Shown: positions 42,798-55,030 of the stretch, in pieces | Layout: the number at the start of each line of letters is the position of its first letter | How positions within the stretch are numbered: the stretch's first letter is position 1 | IMG/VR virus record: IMGVR_UViG_3300035698_035366 | Coordinates: 62,001-126,000 of that record | Length of the DNA: 64,000 nt | Strand: one strand, 5' to 3' | Position numbers and translations under genes: made by a program | Notes under the pieces: generated by a model | Databases searched by the model: none | What the model saw: only the letters and a program-made list of their open reading frames with translations | Told to the model about the DNA's origin: nothing

Positions 42798-42860
42798 CAC
42801 AATCCAGTTTGGTGCTATAATAAGGGTACAAACAAACAGCAACCAACTGGAGATCGAAAA

Positions 42861-43783
42861 ATGACCAAACAAGTAACCAAATTTAGCAAGCCCGTTTGCA
42901 AGGACCTTCGCGACACCTTCTTCGCGGAAGTTGAAGAGCTCGCCAAGAAGTACGGCATGGAAGCAGACACGAAGAATATGCGCTTCTACGATACAAGTTG
43001 TGACGTTAAGCTGGTCCTGACCATCGCTGGTGCCGAGTCCGTTGAAGTGAAGGATTTCAAGCTGTATGCTAATATGTTTGGTATGGAACCAACTGATCTC
43101 GGCCGCAAGTATCGGTCCAACGGAAAGGTGTTCACTATTTCCGGATATCTCCGCAGCCGCCGGAAGCTCAACATCCTGATCGTTGATCAGGACGGTAAGG
43201 CGTTCATTAACAGCGTTGAAGACGCGAAGCGCGGCCTGTCTTACGCGGAAGTGAAATAACAGAAAAACATGAGATCAAAACGAAAACAATTATAAAGGAA
43301 TTGGGGTGGAAATTTTCCCCTTACCAATATTCTATTTTTCACAACCATCCGCACACTAGAGGAGTTTTTATGTTTAAAGAAGAAGACCGCGTCGTTGTTA
43401 TTCGAACCGGCGCAGCAGGTTTTATTACTTATGCCGAAGATGGCTACTATGTTGTAGAACTTGATAACGGCGCCGAGCAAGAGTTTGAAAATGCTGGGCT
43501 TTTAATCGCAGAAGACGATTATGTACCAGTTGCACCGGCGGAGAAATATACCGTTGAACAGGCTCGAAAGGTCCTCAAAAGTGTGAATGCATGTAACCGC
43601 GTCTTTTATAGTGCATTTGAGGGAAGCGTAATCTCCAAAGGAATTGATTATGATTCACTTTCACCACAAGAACAAGTGAATGAACTGGCTAAAATGACCG
43701 CTGTTGATAAGCGTGAATTTTATGACGCATCCCGTGATGATAAAACTATGAAAAAATTATTGCAGATCATTTCTGATAGTTGA
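42861..43783 (+). CDS. Two hypotheticals (42861-43259, 43370-43783)
   Basis: RBS-bearing ORFs after an early promoter. Confidence 0.6.
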
Positions 43784-43787
43784 TAAT

Positions 43788-44329
43788 GTGATATCTAAAA
43801 AGATTATACTTGTATATTTGATTGTTTGGCTGTTGTCATCTTCGGTGATGGCAGAGGAGTATAATCGTGGTTTAGTTATGTCCATTGTTGGTAAAATACA
43901 TTCTGGAAACACTGGTGAATTATTAACCACAAATCCAAAAACAATTAGAAGGCTGCATTTGAATTCGATTGGTGGTAAAGTTGAATCGGCAATTTTGATG
44001 GCCCAATATGTTAGAAAAATAATATCACAACATATGTTGGTAAGGATCAGAAATGTTATAGCGCCTGCACGTTAGTCTTTCAATCTGGTGTAAACCGCAT
44101 AGCACACCGATCTGCGATGTTCATGTATCATTATGCATCAAATAAGAAAATTGTCAATGGTGAAGAAACTCGCGTACCAAATATACAATGGACTGATGTC
44201 GTAAAGGTTTATTTGTTAAAATTTGGAGCAATGCCGGATTTGCTCGATAATATACAGCCAAATATAGATGTATATCTTACAGCAGAAGAAGCTATGTGGT
44301 TTGGTGTTGTTACTAGTATTGAAGATTAA
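43788..44329 (+). pseudogene. Secreted ClpP/crotonase-like protein split by a frameshift
   Basis: LNSIGGKVESA then, after a shift at A5 44015-44019, NNITTYV..CYSACTLVFQSG..MFMYH. Confidence 0.6.
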
Positions 44330-44359
44330 TACTTTACCACAAACCGTATAAATATAAAT

Positions 44360-44452
44360 ATGAGATATATTGAATTAATTGAGGCTCCCATTGACAATTG
44401 GGAATCCGATCCGAACTTTGAACGTAATGAACAAGACCTGGTAAGGTGGTAA
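44360..44452 (+). pseudogene. 30-aa remnant of an MRYIELIE-type virion gene
   Basis: TATAAATA upstream, early stop. Confidence 0.35.
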
Positions 44453-44567
44453 AGAACGACGAAATTTTGAGAAAGTTGGAAGAGTCTTTAAATAACCAAA
44501 AATTATAAACTTGATATTCAATAAAAGTGTGCTATTATATACAATATAATTTAATTAGGAGGTTTAC

Positions 44568-45068
44568 GTGGATACGTTTCCAGTTCTTTATATCTTGGCT
44601 CGCTCGTATGCAACCGATCTTCCCTCGTGTAATGCGGGGAAATTAGCCGCGCAATGCAGTCATGCATCGAATGCATTTGTACATTCAATGAATGTAGGCG
44701 ATAAGGAATATTTGGGGAAAGAATTGACCAATAACGACGAATTGTTCAACAAATGGCAACTTGAAACGCCACAGGGTTTCGGAACCGTTCTTGTCCTGGC
44801 GGTCAATGAAACGCAGATGCGAACGGCTGTAAAGGTCGCTACTGCATTAGATCTTGTTTCTGGTGTAGTAAATGACCCAACGTATCCAGCACATTTAGAT
44901 GCCGAAGCGGCGGTGATGATTCCCGCTGAAACATGGACGCTGGATCCTATTCCCGCTGGCGACAAAATGGTTACCTTCCGAAGCGAAGATACGTGCTCAT
45001 ATATTTTTGGCGATAAGAATGACCCAATGCTTTCGGCAGTTGTTGGTAGATTTCCATTGCATCCATAA
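44568..45068 (+). CDS. Peptidyl-tRNA hydrolase, PTH2-like
   Basis: LYIL.R.D..GKLAAQCSHA, W..VLVLAV, V.DP. Confidence 0.7.
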   Translation: MDTFPVLYILARSYATDLPSCNAGKLAAQCSHASNAFVHSMNVGDKEYLGKELTNNDELFNKWQLETPQGFGTVLVLAVNETQMRTAVKVATALDLVSGVVNDPTYPAHLDAEAAVMIPAETWTLDPIPAGDKMVTFRSEDTCSYIFGDKNDPMLSAVVGRFPLHP

Positions 45069-45157
45069 AAGATTGGTAATACCAAGTAATACATTTTAAT
45101 ATTGAATAAAAGGTCTCCTTTTGTTATAGTTAATAAAATAATAAAGGGAGATTTTTT

Positions 45158-45787
45158 ATGATTTCAAATAGAAAGACCGTATTCATTTCAGGATTCAAGA
45201 ACTCAGGCAAAGATACAGTAGCCAATTACTTAGTTAATACACGGAATTATCGAAAAGATTCATTTGCTGCTTCATTAAAAGACATAACAGGAATTTTGTT
45301 TGGGTGGGATAGAGCAATGCTTGAGGGAGACACTTCTGAAAGTAGGGCACAACGAGAAATACCAGACGAATGGTGGACAGAACGCTTGGGAATTAATGAC
45401 CTTTCCCCTCGATATGCATTACAGTTAGTAGGAACAGAGGCACTTAGAAACAATTTCCACAATGATATTTGGGTTGCTAGTGTAGAAAAACGCATCATTG
45501 ACAATAATAATCCAACAGTCTTGAGCGATTGTAGGTTTCAAAATGAACTTTTGCTTTGTGATAAGCTTGGTGGATCAACCGTTTGTGTTATGCGGGGTGA
45601 TTATCCAGAATGGTGGGATACCGCAATCGAGGCTAATATGGGTTCAGATGCAGCAATACGAAAAATGGCAGATTTAGAAATTCACACTAGTGAATATAAC
45701 TGGATTGGGTTTCCGTTTGATTATGTTATCGAAAATAATGGGACGATTGAAGAATTATATGAACAAGTTAAAGAAATCTTATCTTAA
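45158..45787 (+). CDS. Deoxynucleoside monophosphate kinase
   Basis: GFKNSGKDTVA, FAASLKD, PRYALQLVGTE, SDCRFQNE. Confidence 0.88.
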   Translation: MISNRKTVFISGFKNSGKDTVANYLVNTRNYRKDSFAASLKDITGILFGWDRAMLEGDTSESRAQREIPDEWWTERLGINDLSPRYALQLVGTEALRNNFHNDIWVASVEKRIIDNNNPTVLSDCRFQNELLLCDKLGGSTVCVMRGDYPEWWDTAIEANMGSDAAIRKMADLEIHTSEYNWIGFPFDYVIENNGTIEELYEQVKEILS

Positions 45788-47569
45788 AGAGTTTTTAAGG
45801 CCTGTTCTATATAACTTCTAAATATTGGGTCTGATTTGGCCCATGCCATAATTGCCGCTTCTGGATTTGCGGGATCATATTTAACATCATCGATCATATT
45901 ATCGGTCGCTTTATTGTCAGTTTCTCCATCAGAATCTTTAGCGGTGATACCAATCTCATTGAATGCTATCGTTATTACGTCATTGGGCACTTCCAATTTT
46001 TTAAGAAACGCGCCTAATGCTTGTGCATCGGTTGGTCTGCTTGCTTTTTTCCAAGAAGCTATCAACGATTTATCATCCAGTTTTCCAACGTCTTTTGCTT
46101 TATCACCAATTTTTGAAGCGATCTTTTTCGCAAAGGCGGCGACATCTTTAAGCTCTGCTTCTGTCAACATTGGATTATTTTTTATATATGATTCATTCGC
46201 AGATTTTCCTGTCAATTTATCAATAACATCTGGTTCCAAACCTTCACCAACAGAGGTAGAAAATTTATCATCTTGTAGGAGATTGTTACCACCACGAAGA
46301 AACATACCAACCGCTGCATCACCGGCTCTACCCGTGGCTAAGGCCAGCCCACCAACTAACAAACCAATGATCAATGCTTGCTTGCCAGGAATTTTCTTAG
46401 CCCATTTTCCATAATTGGCAACAACCTTAACGATTTTGTCATCATCACCACCCAATTTTTGTACTAGGCTAGTTTTTAGTTTATCAAATTTTTCATCAAA
46501 GTTCTTAACTGGCTCAGTATCACCAACGTATTTTTTTGCAATTGCACCAACTGCTTTGTTTAGCACAGAGAGCCCCTCTGCACCCTTTTTAGCCAGATTG
46601 ACTGTTGTTGAGTTTGCAACTTTATCACCTAGTCTCTCAATGCTACCGGATTGTTTTTCTTTGGGATAATTTACGATAACACTTCGGAATAATGTTTTGA
46701 GTTGGTCTTTATCTAGATCCCGCTCAATTAAATGAAAGCTATTAATTTTATTTGATGCTAGAAAAACCTCATGGATGACACCATCAATAATACATTTTTG
46801 ATCAAATGTATAATCTTGAATATCTTCAAGTAAAATTTCACACGGTGTTGGATAAGTTTCTAAAAACTTCATAATTATACCTTTATGTATTCTTTAATGC
46901 CGCTTGTAAGATTGCAGTAAGAACCTTTGGATCATTTTTAGTTGCTTTTTTTAGTTGTTCTAATGCATTCTTTTGCTCATCGGTTATTTCACCTGATTTA
47001 TTGGCTGTTTTTCGGCCATTGTTAACGTTATCAGATTGTTTATCAGTTTGTCCACCATGTATATCACCTTTCAGTACAGCAACAATACGATTTAGGATAG
47101 GCTTGGACACCGCTGGGTCTGATGATACTAAAAATGCTGAAACATCGTCTAATGCATCTTTTTCATTCTTCCAACTTCCGGAAAGCATTTTATCAAATGC
47201 ATCTTCATTCATTGATTCGTTTGCTAATTCATCAGCGACTTTGTTTTGTTCTTTAGCAATGATTTCTATTTGTTTATCAGTTATTCCGATAATGCTAAGA
47301 AATCTCTTCAATCCAGCCATGCCTTTTGGTGGGAATTCATTTGTTTTCGGATCTCTAACCTTTTTGAATTTTTTATATGAATTAACCAACCCTTTAAAAA
47401 TTTTCTGAGATTTAACCGTGTTTGATTTTTGCACTGCTCCCTTGACACCAGGTATTTTTGACCCAACAGCAATCGCCGCTTTTTTGGCTATTCTATTAAT
47501 GAGACCCTTTTCAGTTAAATCTTGGCTTTCATTAATAACATTGAGATAATTTCTAATATCGTGTGTCAT
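45784..47569 (-). CDS. Two hypothetical probable virion proteins (45784-46872, 46883-47569)
   Basis: GCTAAATA at 47603-47610 (minus); IRNYLNVINES-type N-terminus. Confidence 0.55.
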
Positions 47570-47740
47570 ACTATCGTCCTAATGATGGATTCACTTATAC
47601 AATATTTAGCATCTTTTAAAAAATACACAGTTTTTATACTCGTCTGCTAAATACCAACGTATAATTTATGTGTATGATTGCATGAATAAAACAATTTGAA
47701 TAATATGCAATTTGCAAGAAACATTAAGGAGAGATATATA

Positions 47741-50700
47741 ATGGCACTCGTATCACCAGGCGTAGAAGTCACAGCAACCGATGAAAGTTTCTTTGCCAAC
47801 CCAGGGCAAGGAACAATTCCTTTCATTATGATTGCTACCGCTGAAGACAAGCCAAATCCAGGTAATCCAGCTTTAAATGCACCTGGTACAACACAAGCAA
47901 ACGCTGATAAACTTTTTCTTATCACTAGTCAAAGAGAACTAATCCAAACATTTGGTGAACCAACTTTTGCTCAGGTTCAAGGTACTCCACAACATGGTAA
48001 TGAGACAAACGAATACGGTTTATGGGCCGCGTATAGTTACATGGGGATTTCAAATCGCGCCTATGTTATGCGTGCTGATCTAAACTTGGATCAGTTGCAG
48101 CCAGAAGTTAATGAACCACGTAGTCAAGCACTAAATGGAACGTATTGGTTAGACACCGGAACAACAAATTTTGGTATTTTCCGATCAATCGGTTCCGATG
48201 GCAATCCCGCTACTTCCGCGTTTAATGATTGGTCTGTAAAAACACCATTTGTTGTAGATACGACTGCTGAAGCAAGCACACAACGAGTTTCATCTTTCTT
48301 CGTACCAACAATTGGCGACGCACTAATTGCCGGCGCCGGAGACCTAGTAATTAATGGTGTTACAATACCATTAGCTGGTGGTGAGGACCTAAGCAATGTT
48401 GGACTTGATAATGGTTTGGTTCAGATCATTAACAATGCTGTTATTCCAGGAATTGAAGCTTCAGTTTGGTGGTTTGGTCGCGGTTTAAAGTTGGTAATTA
48501 CAAATACAACGTCGGGATCAATTGATCTAACCGGCTCTGATTCTTCTATCCTAATTGATCTTGGTCTCGGCTCATCAGAGATTGTTCCTGACCGTGCATT
48601 ATTTGACGGAGAAACATTCTTTGCGGTTGTTACAATTGATTTTGAAAACAGAGTTTATGAGTGGATCACCCCAGTTGATGGAAATGGTGTTACTTTGGGA
48701 CCTGCTCAATGGTACCTAGTTGGTACTGATGGTTGGAGAAATGCTGTTCCTTCACAAGTTGAGGGAGATGGCACAGTTGTTACCGCAGCATCAACAATTT
48801 CAGTAACTTTTAGTTTATCAGGAAATACAACTTCAACCCAAACAGTTGTTGCAAGCGCGGCAACCGTCCCAGCGATGGTTGCAGATTTAACAACAGCATT
48901 CGCAACTGAAGTTGCTGATCAACAAGTTGAGTTCGCAGTTGGTGGATCAGGAAGTTTAGTAATTACAAACAATGACGGTGGTTCAATTACGGTATCAGGA
49001 CCACTTGCTGGTTCAACTCAATTGGATATGCCATCCCTAAAAGCTAAAGAGCTATTTTATGCTCCACATACGAACATTCCAGATAATAGTATCGAGGGTG
49101 ATGTTTGGATTAAGACAACTGAGCCAAACAATGGTGCAGATTATCAAGTGGCAATTTTTGATGATTCAATTGGACAGTTCGTTACAGTTAATGCCCCATT
49201 ATTTGCAGATGATACTGCCGCTCTTGCGGCACTGGGACCAAACCCAGCACCAGGTATCCTTTACGTTGAATTTGATGTAACAGATGAAGGTGTTGCTACC
49301 CACGTACTAAAACGTTCTAATGGTGTATCATTTGACCCATTGGTTTATGTGGCACAGGTTGCTGAGCCAACAAATGCTCCTCTAGAAGGAACATTATGGT
49401 ACAACACAAACTTTGATGTTGATATTATGGTAAGCACTGGTACTTCTTGGGTAGGTCTTAACAACCACCCATTCTATGCTAATGCTGATATTATTCTAAA
49501 TGCATCAAAACCAACACAGAAGCCAGTTGGATCACCAAATGGTGTTGCTCTTGTAGAGAATGACATCTGGATTGACACAAGTAATTTGGAGGATTATCCA
49601 ATAATCCGCCGTTATCGTGCAGCATCACAGAGTTTTGAACTAGTAGATAATACAGATCAAACAACACCGTTTGGTATTGTGTTTGCTGATGCCCGTCAAG
49701 ACGATGGTCTTGGTAATGAGGATTCAACCAGTCTTGCAAATAGCGATTTCGTTGATCCAGATGCACCAAATCCATTAACATTCCCTAATGGTTTCCTACT
49801 GTGGAATACACGCTTTAGCACATTGAATGTTAAGGAATGGCAACCAGATGCTCTTCTAGAATTTACAGAGGCAGAGCTTCTTGGAGCAAATGTTGTTCCA
49901 GCACAGTATGAAGTTGGTCTATCCGTATTCCCACCAATCCTTGATGGTGATCAGGGACGTTGGGTGACAATCAGTGGTAACCAGAATGATGGCGCGCCAA
50001 ATATGGCGCGTAATGCACAGAGAGCAATGGTTGTACGTCGAATGGCTGCATCAATTGCTGGAAATGAAGAACTTCGTGCAGAAACAGTGTTCTTCAATCT
50101 TATCGCTACACCAGGTTACCCAGAATTGATTGATGAAATGGTAACATTGAATTTTGATAAGAAGGAAATTGCGTTTATTATTGGTGATACACCAGCTAGA
50201 CTTGCTCCTTCAGGAACATCGATTCAGTCTTGGGCAACGAATGCAGAAAATGCACCAAGTAATGGTGAACTTGCACTAACAACCCGCGATACTAACGTTG
50301 GTATCTATTACCCATGGGGTCTAGGAACCAATATTGACGGGTTTGAGGTTATGGTACCACCATCAGCAATTGCACTAAGAACAATCGCGTTCAGTGATAG
50401 TGTTTCTTATCCATGGTTTGCACCCGCTGGTTTCTCCAGAGGTCGTGTTTCTAACGTGTCAAGTGTTGGTTTCTTGAACGCTGAAGAAGAATACAATCCA
50501 GTTATTCTTAATCAGGGACAACGAGATGTTCTTCAGCTTAATGACATCAATCCAATTGCATTCATGCCTAATCAGGGATTGGTTGTATTTGGACAGAAAA
50601 CACTTCATCCAGTTGACTCTGCTCTAGACAGGGTTAATGTTGTTCGATTGGTGAACTTCTTACGTTATAACTTTGATATTATTGCAAAACCATTCTTGTT

Positions 50701-50944
50701 CGAACCAAACGATCAGATTACTCGCGATTCAGTAACGTCAACATTTGAACGTTTCTTGGGTGATTTGGTTGGTCTAAGAGCACTTTTGGAGTTTGCGGTA
50801 GTCTGTGATTCGAGCAATAATACTCCAGAACGCATTGACAGGAACGAGTTGTGGATTGATATTGCCATCAAACCTGTGAAAAGTATAGAGTTTATTTTCA
50901 TTCCTATCCGCGTTCTAAACACAGGCGACGATTTAACAGCATAA
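47741..50944 (+). CDS. Tail sheath protein (gp18-like) with large insertion
   Basis: MALVSPGVEV, NEYGL.AAYSY, YYPWG, PWFAPAG..RG, INPI, GQKT..SALDRVNVVRL, IKPVKSIEFI. Confidence 0.95.
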   Translation: MALVSPGVEVTATDESFFANPGQGTIPFIMIATAEDKPNPGNPALNAPGTTQANADKLFLITSQRELIQTFGEPTFAQVQGTPQHGNETNEYGLWAAYSYMGISNRAYVMRADLNLDQLQPEVNEPRSQALNGTYWLDTGTTNFGIFRSIGSDGNPATSAFNDWSVKTPFVVDTTAEASTQRVSSFFVPTIGDALIAGAGDLVINGVTIPLAGGEDLSNVGLDNGLVQIINNAVIPGIEASVWWFGRGLKLVITNTTSGSIDLTGSDSSILIDLGLGSSEIVPDRALFDGETFFAVVTIDFENRVYEWITPVDGNGVTLGPAQWYLVGTDGWRNAVPSQVEGDGTVVTAASTISVTFSLSGNTTSTQTVVASAATVPAMVADLTTAFATEVADQQVEFAVGGSGSLVITNNDGGSITVSGPLAGSTQLDMPSLKAKELFYAPHTNIPDNSIEGDVWIKTTEPNNGADYQVAIFDDSIGQFVTVNAPLFADDTAALAALGPNPAPGILYVEFDVTDEGVATHVLKRSNGVSFDPLVYVAQVAEPTNAPLEGTLWYNTNFDVDIMVSTGTSWVGLNNHPFYANADIILNASKPTQKPVGSPNGVALVENDIWIDTSNLEDYPIIRRYRAASQSFELVDNTDQTTPFGIVFADARQDDGLGNEDSTSLANSDFVDPDAPNPLTFPNGFLLWNTRFSTLNVKEWQPDALLEFTEAELLGANVVPAQYEVGLSVFPPILDGDQGRWVTISGNQNDGAPNMARNAQRAMVVRRMAASIAGNEELRAETVFFNLIATPGYPELIDEMVTLNFDKKEIAFIIGDTPARLAPSGTSIQSWATNAENAPSNGELALTTRDTNVGIYYPWGLGTNIDGFEVMVPPSAIALRTIAFSDSVSYPWFAPAGFSRGRVSNVSSVGFLNAEEEYNPVILNQGQRDVLQLNDINPIAFMPNQGLVVFGQKTLHPVDSALDRVNVVRLVNFLRYNFDIIAKPFLFEPNDQITRDSVTSTFERFLGDLVGLRALLEFAVVCDSSNNTPERIDRNELWIDIAIKPVKSIEFIFIPIRVLNTGDDLTA

Positions 50945-50965
50945 GGATTACTTAATAAGTATTTG

Positions 50966-50997
50966 AAAAGCGCCGGGAATTTCTCCCCGGCGTTTTT
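50966..50997 (+). terminator. Intrinsic terminator
   Basis: GCGCCGGG..CCCGGCGT followed by T run. Confidence 0.75.
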
Positions 50998-51072
50998 TGT
51001 TGGGTTTTATATTGATTTTTACGCAATCGTTACTGTAATATTAAGTATAAAAATAATTTGAGGTAATGTGTA

Positions 51073-52155
51073 ATGAGAATCGAGTCCGATGAAAAACTTG
51101 ACTTTTCCGATGTACTAATTCGTCCAAAACGAAGTGAATTAACTAGTCGGCGTGAAGTAAGCCTAGAGCGCACCTATAAATTTAAGCATTTACAAGACAT
51201 TGAATGGACTGGTATTCCTATCATAGCTACCAATATGGATACGGTTGGTACATTCGATATGGCTATTGCATTAAGTCGACATGGATTAATGACTGCTTTA
51301 CACAAGCATTATCAAATAAGCGACATTGCAGACTTTTTTAAGAATTATCCTAAAATGGAACAAAATAATATGTTCTATTCAATGGGAATATCAACCATGG
51401 ATCATGTTAAATTAAAGGAATTTTCCGAACTGCATCGTTTCCCAAAATTTATTTGCGTTGATGTTGCTAATGGCTATTCTGAAAAGTTTGTTCGGTTTAT
51501 TTCCAAACTCCGTGATGAAGTAGGTGACAAATCGGTTATAATGGCTGGAAATGTTGTTACTGGAGAAATGGTTGAAGAACTTATATTAGCTGGCGCTGAT
51601 ATAATTAAGGTGGGTATCGGCCCAGGATCCGTATGTACGACCCGTACAACAACTGGTGTAGGCTATCCGCAACTTTCTGCTATTATCGAATGTTCTGATG
51701 CAGCACATGGTCTTGGTGGTCTAGTTTGTGCCGACGGTGGATGTACCAATTCGGGAGACATAGCAAAAGCATTTGGTGCAGGTGCTGATTTTGTAATGCT
51801 AGGATCAATGTTCGCTGGTCATGATGAAAGTGGTGGTGAAATAGTTTATGAAACCTTTGCTGGAAAGGGTGGTTCAACCAAAATCCCAAAAAGTGTTAAA
51901 TTTTATGGCATGAGTTCATCCGAGGCAATGGATAAACATTCCGGAGGCGTAGCGGAATACAGAGCATCTGAAGGTAAATCAGTTTTGCTCCCATATCGAG
52001 GACCGGTTGAGAATACAGTTAAACAGATACTTGGTGGCATTAGATCAGCTTGCACCTACACGGGTGCCCATCAATTAAAAGAGCTAAGTAAACGCACAAC
52101 CTTTATTAAAGTTTCTGGAAAACAACAAGTCAATGAAATATATGGCAAGAGTTGA
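51073..52155 (+). CDS. guaC: GMP reductase
   Basis: [58 protein letters not shown]. Confidence 0.95.
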   Translation: MRIESDEKLDFSDVLIRPKRSELTSRREVSLERTYKFKHLQDIEWTGIPIIATNMDTVGTFDMAIALSRHGLMTALHKHYQISDIADFFKNYPKMEQNNMFYSMGISTMDHVKLKEFSELHRFPKFICVDVANGYSEKFVRFISKLRDEVGDKSVIMAGNVVTGEMVEELILAGADIIKVGIGPGSVCTTRTTTGVGYPQLSAIIECSDAAHGLGGLVCADGGCTNSGDIAKAFGAGADFVMLGSMFAGHDESGGEIVYETFAGKGGSTKIPKSVKFYGMSSSEAMDKHSGGVAEYRASEGKSVLLPYRGPVENTVKQILGGIRSACTYTGAHQLKELSKRTTFIKVSGKQQVNEIYGKS

Positions 52156-52418
52156 TGCCTAAAGTTGAAGATTTGACTCCATTGGAGCAAAATAGATTAT
52201 TGCACGGGCATGAGGTTTGGGATGGTCAATTTGTCACAATAGCCTTTAAATTAATGACTTCACCCCAGGTTGAAAAACAAAAAGATGATATTTTTGAATG
52301 GTTGGAAAATAATACTACTGGGAAATATAAGGTTGTAACCAACATTGGTCACAAACTGGTCGCGAAGATTGAAAAAGAACAAGATGTTATTATGTTTAAA
52401 TTAACATTTCAAATATAA
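52152..52418 (+). CDS. Hypothetical, motif family
   Basis: [15 protein letters not shown]. Confidence 0.6.
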   Translation: MMPKVEDLTPLEQNRLLHGHEVWDGQFVTIAFKLMTSPQVEKQKDDIFEWLENNTTGKYKVVTNIGHKLVAKIEKEQDVIMFKLTFQI

Positions 52419-52431
52419 AAAGGATACAATA

Positions 52432-54462
52432 ATGAGATTAAGCGAATTAAAGAAGATTGAAAAATTACCAAGTTTTACTATTGATCTTGATAATTTCGTC
52501 GAAAATGTAAAAACCAGTATTGATTCAATTAAAGAAACAGTTGATGATATCGCTAATAGTAATGAACCAATAACATGGGAATCATTTGATAAGTTATCAC
52601 TAATAGAAGAAAAATACGGTGATCTCATAGAATTGGCTGCTCACCTAAAAGGCGTTAGGGATGAACCACGTCTCAGAGAAGTTTGGGAAGAGATCATTCC
52701 AATAGCGGATGATTTTGGGAACTGGATGCGCTTCCACCGACGATTTGCTGATAGGCTTACAGAACTACGCGATTCCGGAACGCTAAATGATGAACAACAG
52801 TATATTACGGATGAAGCAGTTAAAAGCTACGAACGTAGCGGATTACTACTTGATGGTGAGCCAAAGAAACGCTTTTCTCAAATATCGTTGCGTTCCAGTG
52901 AACTAGTAAATAATTTCAATAAAAATCTTTTGGATGGAACAAAGGCTTGGTCCTTAAATATAACCGATGAATCGGAATTAGCTGGTGTACCAGAATCCGA
53001 TATGGAAGCCCTAGCTGATATGGCTGAAAGCCGTGGAGAGAAGGGTTGGACAATTACACTTGATTATCCATTATATTCTCCAATTATGGAATATTGCCAA
53101 AATAGGGAACTTCGAAGAATTTGTTCCAAGGCAATGATTACAAAATGCTCAGAATTGGCAGACGATACTAGTTTTGATAACACATCAATTATTAATGAAT
53201 TGATCAAACTTAAAGAAGAATCAGCAAAAATATTAGGGATGAAAACACCAGCCCATTTAAGTGTTGCTAGTAAAATGGTTGAATCACCTGAACAAGTTAT
53301 TGAATTCCTGCGAGATTTAATAGTCAGAACAAAACCACAGGCTGAAAAGGAATTATTCGAGCTCGAAGAGTTCGCCGGGAAAAATGGTCTAGACGGAAAA
53401 ATGCAACCATGGGATAGGGGCTTTTATGCTGAAAAAATGCTACAAAAGAACTTCAAGGTTGATTCAGAAAAGATCCGACAATATTTTATTCTTGATAATG
53501 TTATTGATGGTTTGTTTGGTCTAGTATCACGCCTATATGACATTGAAATCAAAGACGAAACTGATTTAATTGATGATAAATGGGATGACAAGGTTCGATT
53601 CTATCGCCTATACAGAGATGGTGAACATTTTGCTTCGGTATATGCAGACTTTTTTGCTGATTCGAAACGCAAGCGCGGTGGTGCCTGGATGAATGACCCA
53701 GTAACTCGCTGGACCAAACCAGACAAAATTACACAATTACCGGTTGCATATATGGTGATGAATTTCCCATCAGCTACAAAAACTCGTCCAAGTCTTCTAA
53801 CACATAATGACATTGAGACATTGTTCCACGAATTTGGTCACGCCTTGCATCACATGATGACAGAGGTCATCTACAAAGACGCCTCCGGTATACGAGGAGT
53901 TGAATGGGATGCCGTTGAATTACCAAGCCAGCTTATGGAAAACTGGTGCTGGAATGAAGATATTGTACGATCAATGTCATCTCATTGGAAAACTAAAAGA
54001 AAGCTACCAAAGTCACAATTTAAGAATATGCTTGCCGCGAAGAACTTTATGAGTGGTATGGGATTGCTTCGTCAGACAGAAATGGCATTGTTTGATTTCC
54101 TTTTGCATTACGATAGAAAACCAGATGAAACAATTCTTGATGTTCTTACACGTACCCGAGAAGAAACAAAAATATCAGAACCGCTTGAATATGACCGCTT
54201 CCCAAATGGGTTTAGTCATATTTTTGGTGGAGGATACTCGGCGGGATATTTCAGTTATCTTTGGTCTGAGGTTTTAAGTTCTGACACATTCGCCGCCTTT
54301 GAAGAAACTGGTGACGTTTTTAATCCATCAATTGCGGAAAAATTCCGTAAGGAATTATTATCAAAGGGTGGTACAAATAGTATGAGTGAATTATATAGGA
54401 ATTTTAGGGGTCGAGACGTAATATTAGAACCATTCCTTAAAAATCGAGGTATATCCACTTAG
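52432..54462 (+). CDS. prlC: Oligopeptidase A (M3 metallopeptidase)
   Basis: KRGGAWM, LFHEFGHALHH, VEWDAVELPSQLMENW, HIFGGGYSAGYFSY.WSE. Confidence 0.93.
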   Translation: MRLSELKKIEKLPSFTIDLDNFVENVKTSIDSIKETVDDIANSNEPITWESFDKLSLIEEKYGDLIELAAHLKGVRDEPRLREVWEEIIPIADDFGNWMRFHRRFADRLTELRDSGTLNDEQQYITDEAVKSYERSGLLLDGEPKKRFSQISLRSSELVNNFNKNLLDGTKAWSLNITDESELAGVPESDMEALADMAESRGEKGWTITLDYPLYSPIMEYCQNRELRRICSKAMITKCSELADDTSFDNTSIINELIKLKEESAKILGMKTPAHLSVASKMVESPEQVIEFLRDLIVRTKPQAEKELFELEEFAGKNGLDGKMQPWDRGFYAEKMLQKNFKVDSEKIRQYFILDNVIDGLFGLVSRLYDIEIKDETDLIDDKWDDKVRFYRLYRDGEHFASVYADFFADSKRKRGGAWMNDPVTRWTKPDKITQLPVAYMVMNFPSATKTRPSLLTHNDIETLFHEFGHALHHMMTEVIYKDASGIRGVEWDAVELPSQLMENWCWNEDIVRSMSSHWKTKRKLPKSQFKNMLAAKNFMSGMGLLRQTEMALFDFLLHYDRKPDETILDVLTRTREETKISEPLEYDRFPNGFSHIFGGGYSAGYFSYLWSEVLSSDTFAAFEETGDVFNPSIAEKFRKELLSKGGTNSMSELYRNFRGRDVILEPFLKNRGIST

Positions 54463-54561
54463 AGCGCTAATTTCTCCATGTGGGGCTAAATAATTGTAGA
54501 GATATATGTATATATTATGCATATTCTCTTCTATATATAGAATTTACAAGGAGAAATTATT

Positions 54562-55002
54562 ATGGAAAGTACATTAGTTGATTTAAGCCCATTGCTACTA
54601 CAATTGCTTAGTGTTGTGGGTGTGGCTGTCCTAGCCATTGCTGGTTGGGCAGTTAAGAAAGTCGCTGACAAGTTTGGTCTCGAAAACGATGCTAAAATTC
54701 GTGAGTATCTACTTAGTGCAGTTGAACGCGGCGTTGAGTTTGGTAAGCATAAAGCTGAAGAAAAGCTTGGTGATGCCAACTGGGCAAAAATTGATGTTAA
54801 GAACGAATTGGTTGCTAGTGCCGCCGGTTATGTTTTGAAGAAGGTCCCTGATGCATTGAAGAAGTTCAAGCTAACAGAAGATGATGTTAAGGATCTTATT
54901 CTGTCTAAGTTGGGTGCTTCAAACGAAGAAACGGCGGCGACTAAGCCTGCCCAAGCCAGTCCTGTCCCTGTTGCCGCCCCAGTAGCCGAACCTGTAAAGT
55001 AA
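54562..55002 (+). CDS. Holin-like membrane protein
   Basis: Single N-terminal TM, LL-H-like pattern, precedes spanin-like pair. Confidence 0.5.
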   Translation: MESTLVDLSPLLLQLLSVVGVAVLAIAGWAVKKVADKFGLENDAKIREYLLSAVERGVEFGKHKAEEKLGDANWAKIDVKNELVASAAGYVLKKVPDALKKFKLTEDDVKDLILSKLGASNEETAATKPAQASPVPVAAPVAEPVK

Positions 55003-55030
55003 TAATTTAACTTTTAAGGAGGGTGTTACA

